From: Cyanobacteria bacterium UBA4641
Lineage (GTDB): Bacteria > Cyanobacteriota > Vampirovibrionia > Gastranaerophilales > Gastranaerophilaceae
Direction of reading: 5' to 3'
Assembly: GCA_002405805.1 (NCBI GenBank)
Contig: DHMN01000028.1
Location: forward strand, 4,163-68,162
Length of the DNA stretch: 64,000 bases
The notes beneath the pieces were generated by a model. It was not told where the DNA came from and did no database searches. It worked only from the letters and a program-made list of their open reading frames with translations. The position numbers were made by a program, and so were the translations under genes. This document shows, piece by piece, positions 27,545 through 36,781 of the stretch (the first letter of the stretch is position 1; every line of letters starts with the position of its first letter).

Positions 27545-27997
27545 ATGGAGAAAACAGCTTACATCTACAGTACAGAATTTCAAATCAGTTCAACTGCAAA
27601 ACTGGTAACAAAACTTGCAGAAAAACGTTTTAATACAGAAATTAAAAACAATATTTCTTATGAAGAATATCAAATTTTAGACACTATAATGTGTTATCCG
27701 CATATAAATAGTACACTGCTTGCAAAAACGCTTTTTCAAGATGAAAATACGACAAAAAAGAATATCAACAAGCTTATAAAAAGAAATCTGATAAACGAAG
27801 TTAAAGAAAAGCATAATGAAATAAAAACTCATTTTTATGAAATCACACAAGATGGAGTGCGCATTTATAAAGATATCGCCTCTCAAAGTGATTCAATGAT
27901 TGTAACCTTGTTAAAATTTATATCTGAAAAAGAATTGATTTCATTTTTAAGAACATTGAAAAAAATCAGAAATATTTTAATATCACTTGAATACTAA
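27545..27997 (+). CDS. MarR-family transcriptional regulator
   Basis: Winged-helix pattern 'EEYQILDTIMCYPHINSTLLAKTLFQDENTTKKNINKLIKRNLI'. Start at the ATG with SD gagg; the tracked start at 27491 is TTG. Confidence 0.6.
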   Translation: MEKTAYIYSTEFQISSTAKLVTKLAEKRFNTEIKNNISYEEYQILDTIMCYPHINSTLLAKTLFQDENTTKKNINKLIKRNLINEVKEKHNEIKTHFYEITQDGVRIYKDIASQSDSMIVTLLKFISEKELISFLRTLKKIRNILISLEY

Positions 27998-28082
27998 AAA
28001 CTCCTTACTCATACATGCACACTAAAAAAGCCTGCAAGAAGAGAACTTGCAGACTTTTTCTTTTAACAAATAAAATTTCTTT

Positions 28083-28577
28083 CTAATATGTATTCAAAAA
28101 CATAATCATTTTTTTCAAATCTTTATCCAAAACTGCCCATGTTTCATCTGTTACAGTGATTTTCTTTACTTCAAACTCATCAGCGCTTGGCAATTTTGAA
28201 TTTTTACTTGCTACACTTGCCATTTCATCCGCAAAAACTTTTGCCTTTTTTGCATAGTTATAATTTGAATTGCCGGCACTTTGACCTTTTTGAATCAAAT
28301 TTACGGCAGCCTTATAGTAAGAATCTCCGCCATTATTATATGTTTTAACATCATCTGCAACCAGCAAATAATGAGCCAACATACGGCATTTTTCAGAACT
28401 CAAAGATTTTTTGAAATCTCTTTCATCTTGCAATTGTTTTGCATTGATTGCTGTAATCAAATTAACTTGTTCATTAACTGTTTTGGCAGTATTTTTGCGA
28501 ATATTATCAAAATCAATAGCCAGAACACTGTTAGCAGTCAATACAACCAAACCTAGAACCAACAATAATTTTTTCAT
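28083..28577 (-). CDS. Secreted hypothetical protein
   Basis: Signal peptide 'MKKLLLVLGLVVLTANSVLA'. Otherwise no motif. Confidence 0.55.
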   Translation of the reverse strand: MKKLLLVLGLVVLTANSVLAIDFDNIRKNTAKTVNEQVNLITAINAKQLQDERDFKKSLSSEKCRMLAHYLLVADDVKTYNNGGDSYYKAAVNLIQKGQSAGNSNYNYAKKAKVFADEMASVASKNSKLPSADEFEVKKITVTDETWAVLDKDLKKMIMFLNTY

Positions 28578-28635
28578 AATAACCTCCTATGCTATTTCAA
28601 AAATTATAACAGGAAAATCAAATCTTACCACATTT

Positions 28636-29382
28636 TTAATCAACAAACAACTGGTATAAAATAACTGAAACAGAAGTCGCCAAATTCAATGACTCAACAG
28701 TTTTTGCCATCTCGATTTTTACGGAGTCATTTGAAAAATCAATCAATTCATCTGACAAACCATCTGCCTCACTCCCAAACATCACAAGCGTCGGAAGTTT
28801 TGCCTTGTATGTTTTTAACAAATTATTACTGCGCGGTAAAGTTGCAACTCGTTCAAAATCAGAAAAGTTATCTTTTAACTCATCTAAACTTTTGAAGTGA
28901 AAAATCGGCAATTTCCACAAATTACCTACAGATGCTCTTACACACTTTGGATTGTAAATATCAACACTATCACCGTACAAAATAATTGCATCCGCTCCAA
29001 ACGCCAAAGACGAACGAATAATTGTCCCTAAATTACCTAAATCTTTGATACTTTCAAGCAAAACTACCTTTTTAGATGACTTCAAGAGCTTTTTGTCATA
29101 CTCTTTTTGAGCACCCACAGCAACAGCTTCCGGCGCAGAATCAGTTGTAGAAAGCTTTTTTAAGACAGCATCCGTCGTTTCAATTACATCACCGACAAAA
29201 GAATACTCACTCAAATATTTTTTATCAACAAAAACTCTATCCAACTGAATGCCACAATCAAAAGCCTCACGAATAGTCTTGTAGCCTTCTAACAAAAATT
29301 TTCCGCTTTGATTTCTGTATTTTTTTTGTTGAAGTTTTGCGGTTTCTTTGACCAAATCGTTATTTACACTAGTTATTTCCAT
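28636..29382 (-). CDS. TrmH/SpoU-family RNA 2'-O-methyltransferase
   Basis: 'VVLLESIKDLGNLGTIIRSSLAFGADAIIL', 'LVMFGSEADGLSDELI' and 'ESLNLATSVSVILYQLF' are the three SpoU motifs. Confidence 0.85.
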   Translation of the reverse strand: MEITSVNNDLVKETAKLQQKKYRNQSGKFLLEGYKTIREAFDCGIQLDRVFVDKKYLSEYSFVGDVIETTDAVLKKLSTTDSAPEAVAVGAQKEYDKKLLKSSKKVVLLESIKDLGNLGTIIRSSLAFGADAIILYGDSVDIYNPKCVRASVGNLWKLPIFHFKSLDELKDNFSDFERVATLPRSNNLLKTYKAKLPTLVMFGSEADGLSDELIDFSNDSVKIEMAKTVESLNLATSVSVILYQLFVD

Positions 29383-30956
29383 TATTTAACCTCAAATTCA
29401 GCTAACCAAAGCATTTCTTGTTCATTTAGCATATCAAAATCGATGAGTTTTTTCTCATAATTCATGTGCACAAAAGAATGGATATCGTTATCCTTGAAAT
29501 AGCAAGAATTTTCAAGCCTTACACCGAAATATCCTTCTCTATATAACCCCGGCTCGATTGAAAAACACATACCGTCTTTTATTTCGACTTTTGCTAACTC
29601 TCCGATACTCAAATTTGGCGGATATTCGTGAACATTTATGCCAATACCGTGTCCTAAACCGTGATTAAAAACGAACCCTTCAACATCTTGACTATCGAAA
29701 AATTCATGTGCACTTTTTGCCACATCATAACCTATCAAAGGTCTTTTCAAATGAGTTTTTGCATAATTAAACGAACACAAAAATGCCTTTAACACTGTTG
29801 TATAAATCTTTTTATGAAGTTTTGTCGGCTCACCTTTTACAAAAACTCTTGTAATATCAGTTGCCAAACCACCTTCAAAATACCCACCGCAATCTATCAA
29901 AACAAGACTTCCATCTTTTACAATTTCGTCTTTTGAAGATTTTGAATAATGAGCCAAGGCAGAATTTTTATCCTTCGCAACTATTGAATTAAAACTCAAG
30001 CCAATTGCGCCTTGGGTCTTGAATTGTTCTTCCAAATATTTTGCAATATCGTATTCCGAAAGGTTATCGTTATTATAAATATAGTCTCTTGTCGCCGAAA
30101 CCGCCCTATCCGTACGGTTAAAAGCATCAATCAAATGATTAAGTTCTGAGTCATTTTTTTGAGCTTTCATTATGGAAATCAGATTTTCTTCAATTTCACA
30201 AGCTTTGTCTTGTAAAATTGAAAAATCGAATGCATTTATTGTATTTTTATCAACAAAAACTTTTTTATCAATATCTTTTAAAATTTGCTCAAGTTTTGAC
30301 AAATTACTTTGAGTAAATAATTCAAATTTATCTTTAAAAATTAAAGCTTTTGCTCTGATTTTTGCTGAAAATTTTTGAGAAAAATTTCGCATATTAAAAA
30401 GGTATGAAACCTCGTCCAAATCAGTCACATAAAGCACTTCGTTTTCTGATAATTTTGATGAAATTTTTGTTATTTTTTTTTCTGCTGATAAACCTGTATA
30501 TTTGACATCAATTTTTACATTTTTATCTTCATAATTTGGAATATTTTCACTATCCAATGGGTCAATTTTCAGCAATTTTATCTGTCTTTTTTGACTCAAT
30601 ATTTCATATTTTTTCTGCGAATTTTTCTTGGCAAAAATTCCTAAAATTTCATTTTCAGGAATCAAATTTATCAATTCATCAAGATATTTTTGTCCTGTTT
30701 GAAGTTTTACCACGGTAACTTTTTCATGGTCGACTTCGTTATCTGCCTGAATATGGTATCTGCCATCTACAAACAAATAAATCTTGTCAGGAGTAACCAA
30801 AGCCTCACCTGTAGAACCTGAAAAACCTGTCAATTTGTAGCGAGAATTTTCTTCTAAAGTATTATACTCAACCAAAAATTCGTTCGTTGAATTGACCAAC
30901 AGGTAATTAAGCCCATTTTCGACCATGAAATTTCTTATTACCGCGATTGAATCCAT
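29382..30956 (-). CDS. Xaa-Pro aminopeptidase (M24B, long form with creatinase-like N-domains)
   Basis: Metal ligands in 'LIDCGGYFEGGLATDITR', 'HGLGHGIGINVHEYP', 'FSIEPGLY' and 'VRLEN'. Confidence 0.85.
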   Translation of the reverse strand: MDSIAVIRNFMVENGLNYLLVNSTNEFLVEYNTLEENSRYKLTGFSGSTGEALVTPDKIYLFVDGRYHIQADNEVDHEKVTVVKLQTGQKYLDELINLIPENEILGIFAKKNSQKKYEILSQKRQIKLLKIDPLDSENIPNYEDKNVKIDVKYTGLSAEKKITKISSKLSENEVLYVTDLDEVSYLFNMRNFSQKFSAKIRAKALIFKDKFELFTQSNLSKLEQILKDIDKKVFVDKNTINAFDFSILQDKACEIEENLISIMKAQKNDSELNHLIDAFNRTDRAVSATRDYIYNNDNLSEYDIAKYLEEQFKTQGAIGLSFNSIVAKDKNSALAHYSKSSKDEIVKDGSLVLIDCGGYFEGGLATDITRVFVKGEPTKLHKKIYTTVLKAFLCSFNYAKTHLKRPLIGYDVAKSAHEFFDSQDVEGFVFNHGLGHGIGINVHEYPPNLSIGELAKVEIKDGMCFSIEPGLYREGYFGVRLENSCYFKDNDIHSFVHMNYEKKLIDFDMLNEQEMLWLAEFEVK

Positions 30957-30957
30957 A

Positions 30958-31239
30958 TTAGTGTTTTCCTGTAACTTCGATTAAGTGCCATCCGAATTGA
31001 GTTTCAACAGGTTGAGATAACTCACCTACTTCAAGTGCGAATGCTGCATCTTCAAAAGGTTTAACCATCATACCTTTACCAAAGAAACCCAAATCACCAC
31101 CATTTTGACCTGATGGACAAAGGGATTTTTCTTGAGCAACTTCAGCAAAAGATTTGCCGTTTTTAATTTCATTGTATAAGTCTTTAGCCTCTTGTTCTGT
31201 TTTTACAAGAATGTGACTGGCTCTAACTTCTGTTGTCAT
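30958..31239 (-). CDS. Parvulin-type peptidyl-prolyl cis-trans isomerase (PpiC-like)
   Basis: 'VRASHILVKTEQEAKDL...SLCPSGQNGGDLGFFGKGMMVKPFEDAAF...TQFGWHLIEV'. Start set at the ATG with SD aggag. Confidence 0.85.
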   Translation of the reverse strand: MTTEVRASHILVKTEQEAKDLYNEIKNGKSFAEVAQEKSLCPSGQNGGDLGFFGKGMMVKPFEDAAFALEVGELSQPVETQFGWHLIEVTGKH

Positions 31240-31562
31240 AAATTTAACTCCTATCTTATCTACAGGAGAGATTATAAAATAAAAAGGTTTGTGTTGCAAT
31301 ATTTGTGCAATACAAACCGGAAGTTATAAAACATGAAAAATTTTCTGAAATAAAGCGTAAGTTCAAATTGTTTTAAACCAAACCGCTAAAAGAAAAAATC
31401 TTGTCGCAACCCCGAAAAAGTGCTTGGACAACCTGAACTTACATTAATATAATACGCTGTCATGACATATTTTTGCACCATTCGTAAGGATAAATTTAAC
31501 TATAACCAAAGGAGTATTTTTCACTAATACTAAAGAATTAGACGCAAGAAAATAAAAACATC

Positions 31563-31591
31563 TTGATTTTCAAAAGACTTTATAGTAGAAT
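31563..31591 (+). promoter_or_regulatory. Sigma-70-like promoter upstream of tRNA-Gly
   Basis: ttgatt (-35), 17-nt spacer, tagaat (-10). About 25 nt upstream of the tRNA 5' end. Confidence 0.4.
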
Positions 31592-31615
31592 TGATTTGTA
31601 AAACTAAATAGATTT

Positions 31616-31691
31616 GCGGAAGTAGCTCAGTTGGTAGAGCGTCTGCCTTCCAAGCAGGCTGTCGCGAGTTCGAGTCTCGTCTTCCGCTCCA
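31616..31691 (+). tRNA. tRNA-Gly (anticodon TCC), CCA encoded
   Basis: GCGGAAGTAGCTCAGTTGGTAGAGCGTCTGCCTTCCAAGCAGGCTGTCGCGAGTTCGAGTCTCGTCTTCCGCTCCA. Acceptor GCGGAAG/CTTCCGC, anticodon loop CTTCCAA. Confidence 0.92.
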
Positions 31692-31729
31692 TAGAGGGTC
31701 AATTCATTGGCTCTCTATTTTTTGTAAGC
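31673..31729 (+). repeat. Direct repeat copy 1 (tRNA-Gly 3' end plus downstream hairpin)
   Basis: agtctcgtcttccgctccatagagggtcaattcattggctctctattttttgtaagc. Repeated at 31846-31901 with one substitution and one 1-nt indel, by eye. Confidence 0.85.
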
Positions 31730-31845
31730 GAAAGACATCCTCGCTCTCGGAATTGTTGCTCATGTCTTTCGCAACAATCTGAGTTCTACCCACTAGGGGT
31801 ACGCATCACCGTACAGCTCGTGTAACTCGCTTACGCTGATGCTGA

Positions 31846-31901
31846 AGTCTCGTCTTCCGCTCCATAGAGGGTCAATTTATTGGCTCTCTATTTTTGTAAG
31901 C
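31846..31901 (+). repeat. Direct repeat copy 2 (orphan tRNA-Gly 3' fragment, att-like)
   Basis: agtctcgtcttccgctccatagagggtcaatttattggctctctatttttgtaagc. A third, shorter T-arm-like fragment gcgagttcgactctcgt lies at about 31930-31946. Confidence 0.85.
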
Positions 31902-32076
31902 AGAAGAGGCTGACGATAACTCGTTTTTGCGAGTTCGACTCTCGTTGCTATGATTCTTGGCGAAACTATGTTGAGCCTTAGAGGCATAGTACCTACTTGG
32001 CTTCCACTCCTTTACCTGAAATGTCAGCGTGGTAAAGACACCTACAAAAACAAAACACTAAGGGCGAGGAAAAAGG

Positions 32077-32286
32077 TGTCACCCTGAACTCGTTTCAGGG
32101 TCTTTTCCATTTAAGGATTCAACAATGCTTACTTTGACTAATAATGATTATTGAAAAGATTCTGAAATAAATTCAGAATGACATAGACTGATGTGTTTTA
32201 TTTGAGACTCTGAAACAAGTTAGCGTTCTTTTTGCTTAACTACGTTCACACGGAGCACTTGCCAGAATCCACACTTCAGCATGACA
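32077..32286. repeat. Palindromic repeat cluster (type-1 unit plus a split hairpin)
   Basis: 32077-32186 tgtcaccctgaactcgtttcagggtcttttccat..gattattgaaaagattctgaaataaattcagaatgacatag. 32204-32286 gagactctgaaacaagt[~53 nt]cttcagcatgaca. Confidence 0.75.
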
Positions 32287-32311
32287 ATTAAGTTTTTACA
32301 AAAACATATCA

Positions 32312-33010
32312 TTACCATGGATAATCTTTTTCTATTTTCCATCCTGCGCGGCGGATTTTCTCTGCACAATAAAAACCATTTCCACTTTTATTACAATTTT
32401 TATCAATAACATCATTGCTATAAGTGTATCCAAGCGGTTGGATTCCGCCACCATCTTTAGCAACCCTTGTTAAGTAAAACACATCTCGACCAAAGATGTT
32501 TGGACCTTCTGCACCGTTTATATCCACAACGACAGAACCATCCTGCACGGTTTCTCCAGCGACAGAAGTTCCCATTGCAACAAATATGACATATAAAAAG
32601 CCATCAGAAGTGTAAAAAGTAGTCCTTCTTTCAGGAACTACGACACCCATATTCACAGCTGTTTTATTTGAATAAAACCAAGGATTACCAACTTTATATC
32701 CACATTGTTTGTAATTTGTACAAATAATCGCAGTCTTAATATAAGATGCCCAATACTGTTTAAAATATTCCTCAGAACCCATCTTGAAAGATTCGCTTTC
32801 AGATGGCTCGCCTACATCGTCATAAGAAAGCTTGTACGCTTGATTCAAGACAGAGATTGCTTTTTGTAGTTTTGTTACGGTTACATGTTTTTGGTAATTC
32901 GTAATCAAAACCGGTATTGTCATCGCTGCAACTATACCAATTATTCCTAGAGTGATTAAAACTTCTGCCAATGTAAAAGCATATTTTCTAACACAATATT
33001 TGTTTTTCAT
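32312..33010 (-). CDS. Prepilin-type N-terminal domain protein (pilin-like paralog 2)
   Basis: 'KYA|FTLAEVLITLGIIGIVAAMTIP', 'VDINGAEGPNIFGRDVF', 'CNKSGNGFYCAEKIRRAGWKIEKDYPW'. Closely similar to paralog 1. SD aaggag. Confidence 0.88.
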   Translation of the reverse strand: MKNKYCVRKYAFTLAEVLITLGIIGIVAAMTIPVLITNYQKHVTVTKLQKAISVLNQAYKLSYDDVGEPSESESFKMGSEEYFKQYWASYIKTAIICTNYKQCGYKVGNPWFYSNKTAVNMGVVVPERRTTFYTSDGFLYVIFVAMGTSVAGETVQDGSVVVDINGAEGPNIFGRDVFYLTRVAKDGGGIQPLGYTYSNDVIDKNCNKSGNGFYCAEKIRRAGWKIEKDYPW

Positions 33011-33044
33011 ACAAACTCCTTAATTTTGACTTTTATTTCTAATT

Positions 33045-33064
33045 TACTGATTTATAAATCAGTA
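33045..33064. promoter_or_regulatory. Perfect 20-bp palindrome, candidate operator
   Basis: tactgatttataaatcagta equals its own reverse complement. Lies in the 107-bp divergent region between pilin paralog 2 and its XRE neighbour. Confidence 0.45.
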
Positions 33065-33117
33065 TACATGGAGTATAAGTCATAATATAAAATTGTCAAG
33101 TAATATAAACTAACAAT

Positions 33118-33351
33118 ATGGATAGAGCTAAAGTTATTAAAGTATTTGCGGAAAATGTAAGAGCAGAAAGAGCCAGAAGGAATTATTCTCAAGAAAAATT
33201 GGCAGAAATGGCTGACATCACACCAGAATATCTCGCAAGAATTGAAAAGGAAAAATATAGTCCATCACTTATTGTTATCGCAAATTTGGCAATAGCGTTG
33301 GGAGTCTCTGTCGATAAATTGATACCTTTGGATGAATTGCGCAAGGGGTAG
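33118..33351 (+). CDS. XRE-family HTH transcriptional regulator
   Basis: 'RAERARRNYSQEKLAEMADITPEYLARIEKEKYSPSLIVIANLAIALGVSVDKLI'. Confidence 0.85.
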   Translation: MDRAKVIKVFAENVRAERARRNYSQEKLAEMADITPEYLARIEKEKYSPSLIVIANLAIALGVSVDKLIPLDELRKG

Positions 33352-33360
33352 ATTTTGAGT

Positions 33361-33702
33361 GCAAACGGAGTAACGGAGTATTCCACAACAAGACTTGCAG
33401 GGGATTACGACGTCGCGCTGTGAAGTCTATTATTTTATTTGTACAATATAGCTCCTCGTAATGACATGATGTTTTAAAAACTTAACTGTCATTCTGAACT
33501 TGATTCAGAATCTTTTCCATATTAATAATTTGGCAAATATAATTATTGATAAATCCTAATTATTTTTGCCAATCAACATTGATAGATTCTGAATAGCAAG
33601 AAAATTATGTGCTCGTAAACTCTCACAAATTTTCTAAGCTTTCAGAATGACATAGACCTATGTGTTTGGAGACCCTGAAACGAGTTCAGGGTCTCCAAAC
33701 AC
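33361..33702. repeat. Composite palindromic repeat cluster ending in an 18-bp-stem hairpin
   Basis: tccacaacaa..gggattacgacgtc module; 33487-33655 type-1 unit with the long-loop hairpin gattctgaa[tagcaagaaaa..ttttctaagc]tttcagaatgacatag; 33662-33702 gtgtttggagaccctgaa-acgag-ttcagggtctccaaacac (perfect). Confidence 0.8.
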
Positions 33703-33704
33703 AA

Positions 33705-34898
33705 TTAATCCTCACTAGGGATTGTTGGGTGATCGTTGAATTTGTATCCGCTATTCCAAAGCTTTTTAAACTCAGTATAAGATTTTTCTTGTACTGCCTT
33801 TTGATAAGCCTTTTTAACCTCTTCAGGATTTAATGAAAATGCCCCCAACTCCTCATTATTAAACGTGCTATATATCTTGATTTTATTTAGCAAATCAACA
33901 GAATTTACGTAATCTTCCATATTTATAGAAGATTTATTATTTTTTATCAAAACATAGCCCATTGCATTTTTTAAGATTGAAATTTTTATTGTAGTTCCAA
34001 CAGCTTGCCAATCTTCAGGGTCTAAATAAAATTTATATTCATCCTTGTTTAGTTCAATTTTATCAAAAGCCGCCTCAATAGAATTTATCTGATAATTATT
34101 GAATTTTGTCTCGATTTTTTTATTAAAATCAGGATGAGATTTTGAATACAATGCAATAGAATGAGACATTATAGCACTTATTCCAATCATCATTGCAACA
34201 AAAACAATAGGTACAACTATAAATAAAATTACAGATTGTTTAAATTGTGTTTTGTGGAATTTTTCTACATTTTCGTACTTGTCAGAATTTTTCTCATACG
34301 CCCACTCATTTCCGCGAAATCCGCAAAGCAACATAAACGGAAACCAACCGGCAGTGAATAATAACGGCAACATCCAAAGAGTGATAAAGGATTTATTCAA
34401 CAATCCCCAAATCCAAGTGCCCCAAAATGCGCCCCAGTTGAATTTAACGATTTCACTTTTTGGTTTTTCGCCGGAAATTCTACCTTGCCAAAACAACAGT
34501 GACACCATTACAAATAATGTCAGCCAACTGCCCCAAAAAGTTGTCCCAATTGGAGTGTAGACAATAAACATTATTACAGTTAATACAGCAGAAATCACAG
34601 AAATTTTATTGTCGTCCTCTTCGCCAAGAATATCGCGAATCCTGCGAACTACATTTGGAAACAACAACACCGAAGTAACAATCCCTAAAGCCACCATCAT
34701 CAAAGATATCCAAATCGGACGAGGAGAGCCGGAAAAAGCCTGCATAATTTCAGGTTTGAAAAACATCAAATAAATAACAGGAGTAATCAAAACGCTTTCA
34801 ATAAGTTCAATTATCAAAAGATTTACGAAAAAATCTCGTCTGTTTAAAATTCCTTTCATTGAAAAGAAATTTTTATTTTCCTCAAAATAACCACTCAT
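33705..34898 (-). CDS. Polytopic membrane protein with DUF805-like N-terminus and a C-terminal soluble domain
   Basis: 'MKGILNRRDFFVNLLIIELI' resembles the DUF805 start (G.i.Rr.fw). About 8 TM helices, then a ~150-aa hydrophilic tail. Confidence 0.5.
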   Translation of the reverse strand: MSGYFEENKNFFSMKGILNRRDFFVNLLIIELIESVLITPVIYLMFFKPEIMQAFSGSPRPIWISLMMVALGIVTSVLLFPNVVRRIRDILGEEDDNKISVISAVLTVIMFIVYTPIGTTFWGSWLTLFVMVSLLFWQGRISGEKPKSEIVKFNWGAFWGTWIWGLLNKSFITLWMLPLLFTAGWFPFMLLCGFRGNEWAYEKNSDKYENVEKFHKTQFKQSVILFIVVPIVFVAMMIGISAIMSHSIALYSKSHPDFNKKIETKFNNYQINSIEAAFDKIELNKDEYKFYLDPEDWQAVGTTIKISILKNAMGYVLIKNNKSSINMEDYVNSVDLLNKIKIYSTFNNEELGAFSLNPEEVKKAYQKAVQEKSYTEFKKLWNSGYKFNDHPTIPSED

Positions 34899-34923
34899 AA
34901 TATTTACTCCTATTTTTATTTAT

Positions 34924-36105
34924 TTAATTTATAACATCTTCACTATCATTAGTCAAAAATTCAGCAGGGATAGTTTTTTCTACAATTTTCTTCCCTGATT
35001 TTGAACTTTTTGAATTAATTCCGTATTGGTGAAGTTTTTCTGCCTCTTTAAAAATACTGCCGTTGTGTTTTGAATTAAACCTGCCAACCTCGGTTTTTAT
35101 GGATGAGCATGCCTTTTCTAAAGTTTGTTGAATATTCAAAAGACCTTGTGCATGTAATGCAATATTGTTGTACAAATTTTCTCCAACGGCGATAATATTT
35201 TCAATATTTTGAGACTGAACTTTTGTTCTCCACAATTGATTAACCAAACGCAAGGCTACAAGTAATGACGAATTACCTACGATAATGATATTTCTGCTGT
35301 TTGCAAGTTCTACAACCGAGCGAAAATCAACATCCGTATAAATCAGATTTATACAGGATTCAATCGGAATATACATCAAAATGAAATTTGGTTGAGATAG
35401 TTCTGAAATTTCTTCATAATTTTTCTTAGCCAAATTAACGATACAATTTGTTAAGTCTGAAATAAAAGCTTTTTTGAGATTTTCATCGTTGTCAGATTGG
35501 CGATATTCAATATAGTTTTTCAAAATCACTTTTGAATCAATCACCAAATGCTTATCCTCAGGCAAATTTATTACAAAATCAGGCTTATTTCCACCTGAAA
35601 CAAACTGTTTTGTGTAATGAATATTTTCTTGCAAATCGGCAAACTTCAAAATTTGTTCAAGCCAATCTTCTCCAAACTCACCTCTTGAATTTTGATTTGT
35701 CGTAAGTGCTTTGGCATACTTTTCAGCGGTTGATATTGCATTTTTAATCTCCAAAGTTTCATCGCGATGAGATTGTTGGTAGGTATCAATACTTTGTTTA
35801 AATTCTTTTAAAAGTTTATTTATCGGCGCAATTTCCTCAGCTTTAAACAAATCAATTTTTGAATTTAAGTTTTTTGAATGTTCGGTAACAAGAGATTCCT
35901 GCTGATTGCGCAATGACTCTTGCGCGATTTTAGAAAATTCAGCAGACAAAGAGTTTAGCAAATCATCTTGCAAACCTTTCTGACCCTTTAATTTGGAATT
36001 TTCTTCAAGCAAATTTTGCATTTTGTGTTGATAATAGTTACTTGAGACAATCCAAACCAAAAGTGCCGTTACAATTATCGAAAAACTCAAAATAATCCAA
36101 TTCAA
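34924..36105 (-). CDS. rmuC: DNA recombination protein RmuC
   Basis: N-terminal TM plus coiled coil. Nuclease-like core 'GNKPDFVINLPEDKHLVIDSKV' and 'FILMYIPIES', as in RmuC. Confidence 0.8.
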   Translation of the reverse strand: MNWIILSFSIIVTALLVWIVSSNYYQHKMQNLLEENSKLKGQKGLQDDLLNSLSAEFSKIAQESLRNQQESLVTEHSKNLNSKIDLFKAEEIAPINKLLKEFKQSIDTYQQSHRDETLEIKNAISTAEKYAKALTTNQNSRGEFGEDWLEQILKFADLQENIHYTKQFVSGGNKPDFVINLPEDKHLVIDSKVILKNYIEYRQSDNDENLKKAFISDLTNCIVNLAKKNYEEISELSQPNFILMYIPIESCINLIYTDVDFRSVVELANSRNIIIVGNSSLLVALRLVNQLWRTKVQSQNIENIIAVGENLYNNIALHAQGLLNIQQTLEKACSSIKTEVGRFNSKHNGSIFKEAEKLHQYGINSKSSKSGKKIVEKTIPAEFLTNDSEDVIN

Positions 36106-36189
36106 AGCTACACCATCCTTTTAAAACTAACCAAATAATAATAGCATATTTTTCTAAAGATTTTTAGTCTTTGTTAGGATATGTAAAGG

Positions 36190-36402
36190 TTAAATATCCA
36201 AAAGCTCAGATAAAGTCATCCCTAAACCATCAGCAATTTTGGCTAAGATTTCCAAACTCGGATTTCTTTTCAAATTTTCAATTCGACCAACATAAGTTCT
36301 GTCAATATTACAAAGAAGAGCCAATCCCTCTTGAGACAAGCCACGCTCTTGCCTTATAGCCTTTAATTTCTGTGAAAATTTGTATAAAACTTCGCTTGAC
36401 AT
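36190..36402 (-). CDS. XRE-family HTH transcriptional regulator
   Basis: 'KLKAIRQERGLSQEGLALLCNIDRTYVGRIENLKRNPSLEILAKIADGLGMTLSELL'. Confidence 0.85.
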   Translation of the reverse strand: MSSEVLYKFSQKLKAIRQERGLSQEGLALLCNIDRTYVGRIENLKRNPSLEILAKIADGLGMTLSELLDI

Positions 36403-36466
36403 TTGTATAAATGTATGCCACACTATGCCAATAATCGACAGCCGATTGGCACAGGTGAGAGGTTAT

Positions 36467-36691
36467 ATGTTTTTATCTACTACCAAAATACAGCTAAAAT
36501 TATTCAAGGAAGAAATAATTAATTTGTCAGGCAAATGTACATCTATTATTGAATTTGTTTCTACTCCTATTTTATGCAAAGACTTTAACGTTCAGAAAAA
36601 TGAAAAAGCCGAATTTGAAAACATAATCTCTAAACTAAACACCGTATCAAATAAATTGGATGAAATAAAAAGCATTTTAAAGGATTTTTAG
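36467..36691 (+). CDS. Hypothetical small protein (about 74 aa), divergent from the XRE gene
   Basis: Internal ATG with SD gagagg preferred over the tracked start at 36380, which overlaps the XRE gene. Predicted helical. Followed by hairpin taacct..aggtta plus a T-run. Confidence 0.4.
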   Translation: MFLSTTKIQLKLFKEEIINLSGKCTSIIEFVSTPILCKDFNVQKNEKAEFENIISKLNTVSNKLDEIKSILKDF

Positions 36692-36781
36692 TATTTGTAA
36701 CCTACTTGCACAGGTTATATTTTTTAACTAAAATATTAGTAACTTATAGTATTTATTAATAAATAAAAGGGATGAGTAATT

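Noticed and set aside
31424-31560. Good sigma-70-like promoter (ttggac, 18 nt, tataat) followed by 'aaaggag' but no start codon or ORF
   Set aside because: No ORF or recognisable RNA motif follows, so it could be a leader or sRNA upstream of tRNA-Gly. The evidence is too thin to call a feature.
31631-31825. 64-aa plus-strand ORF
   Set aside because: It starts inside tRNA-Gly and runs through the duplicated att-like sequence, so it is an artefact of the tRNA and repeat sequence.
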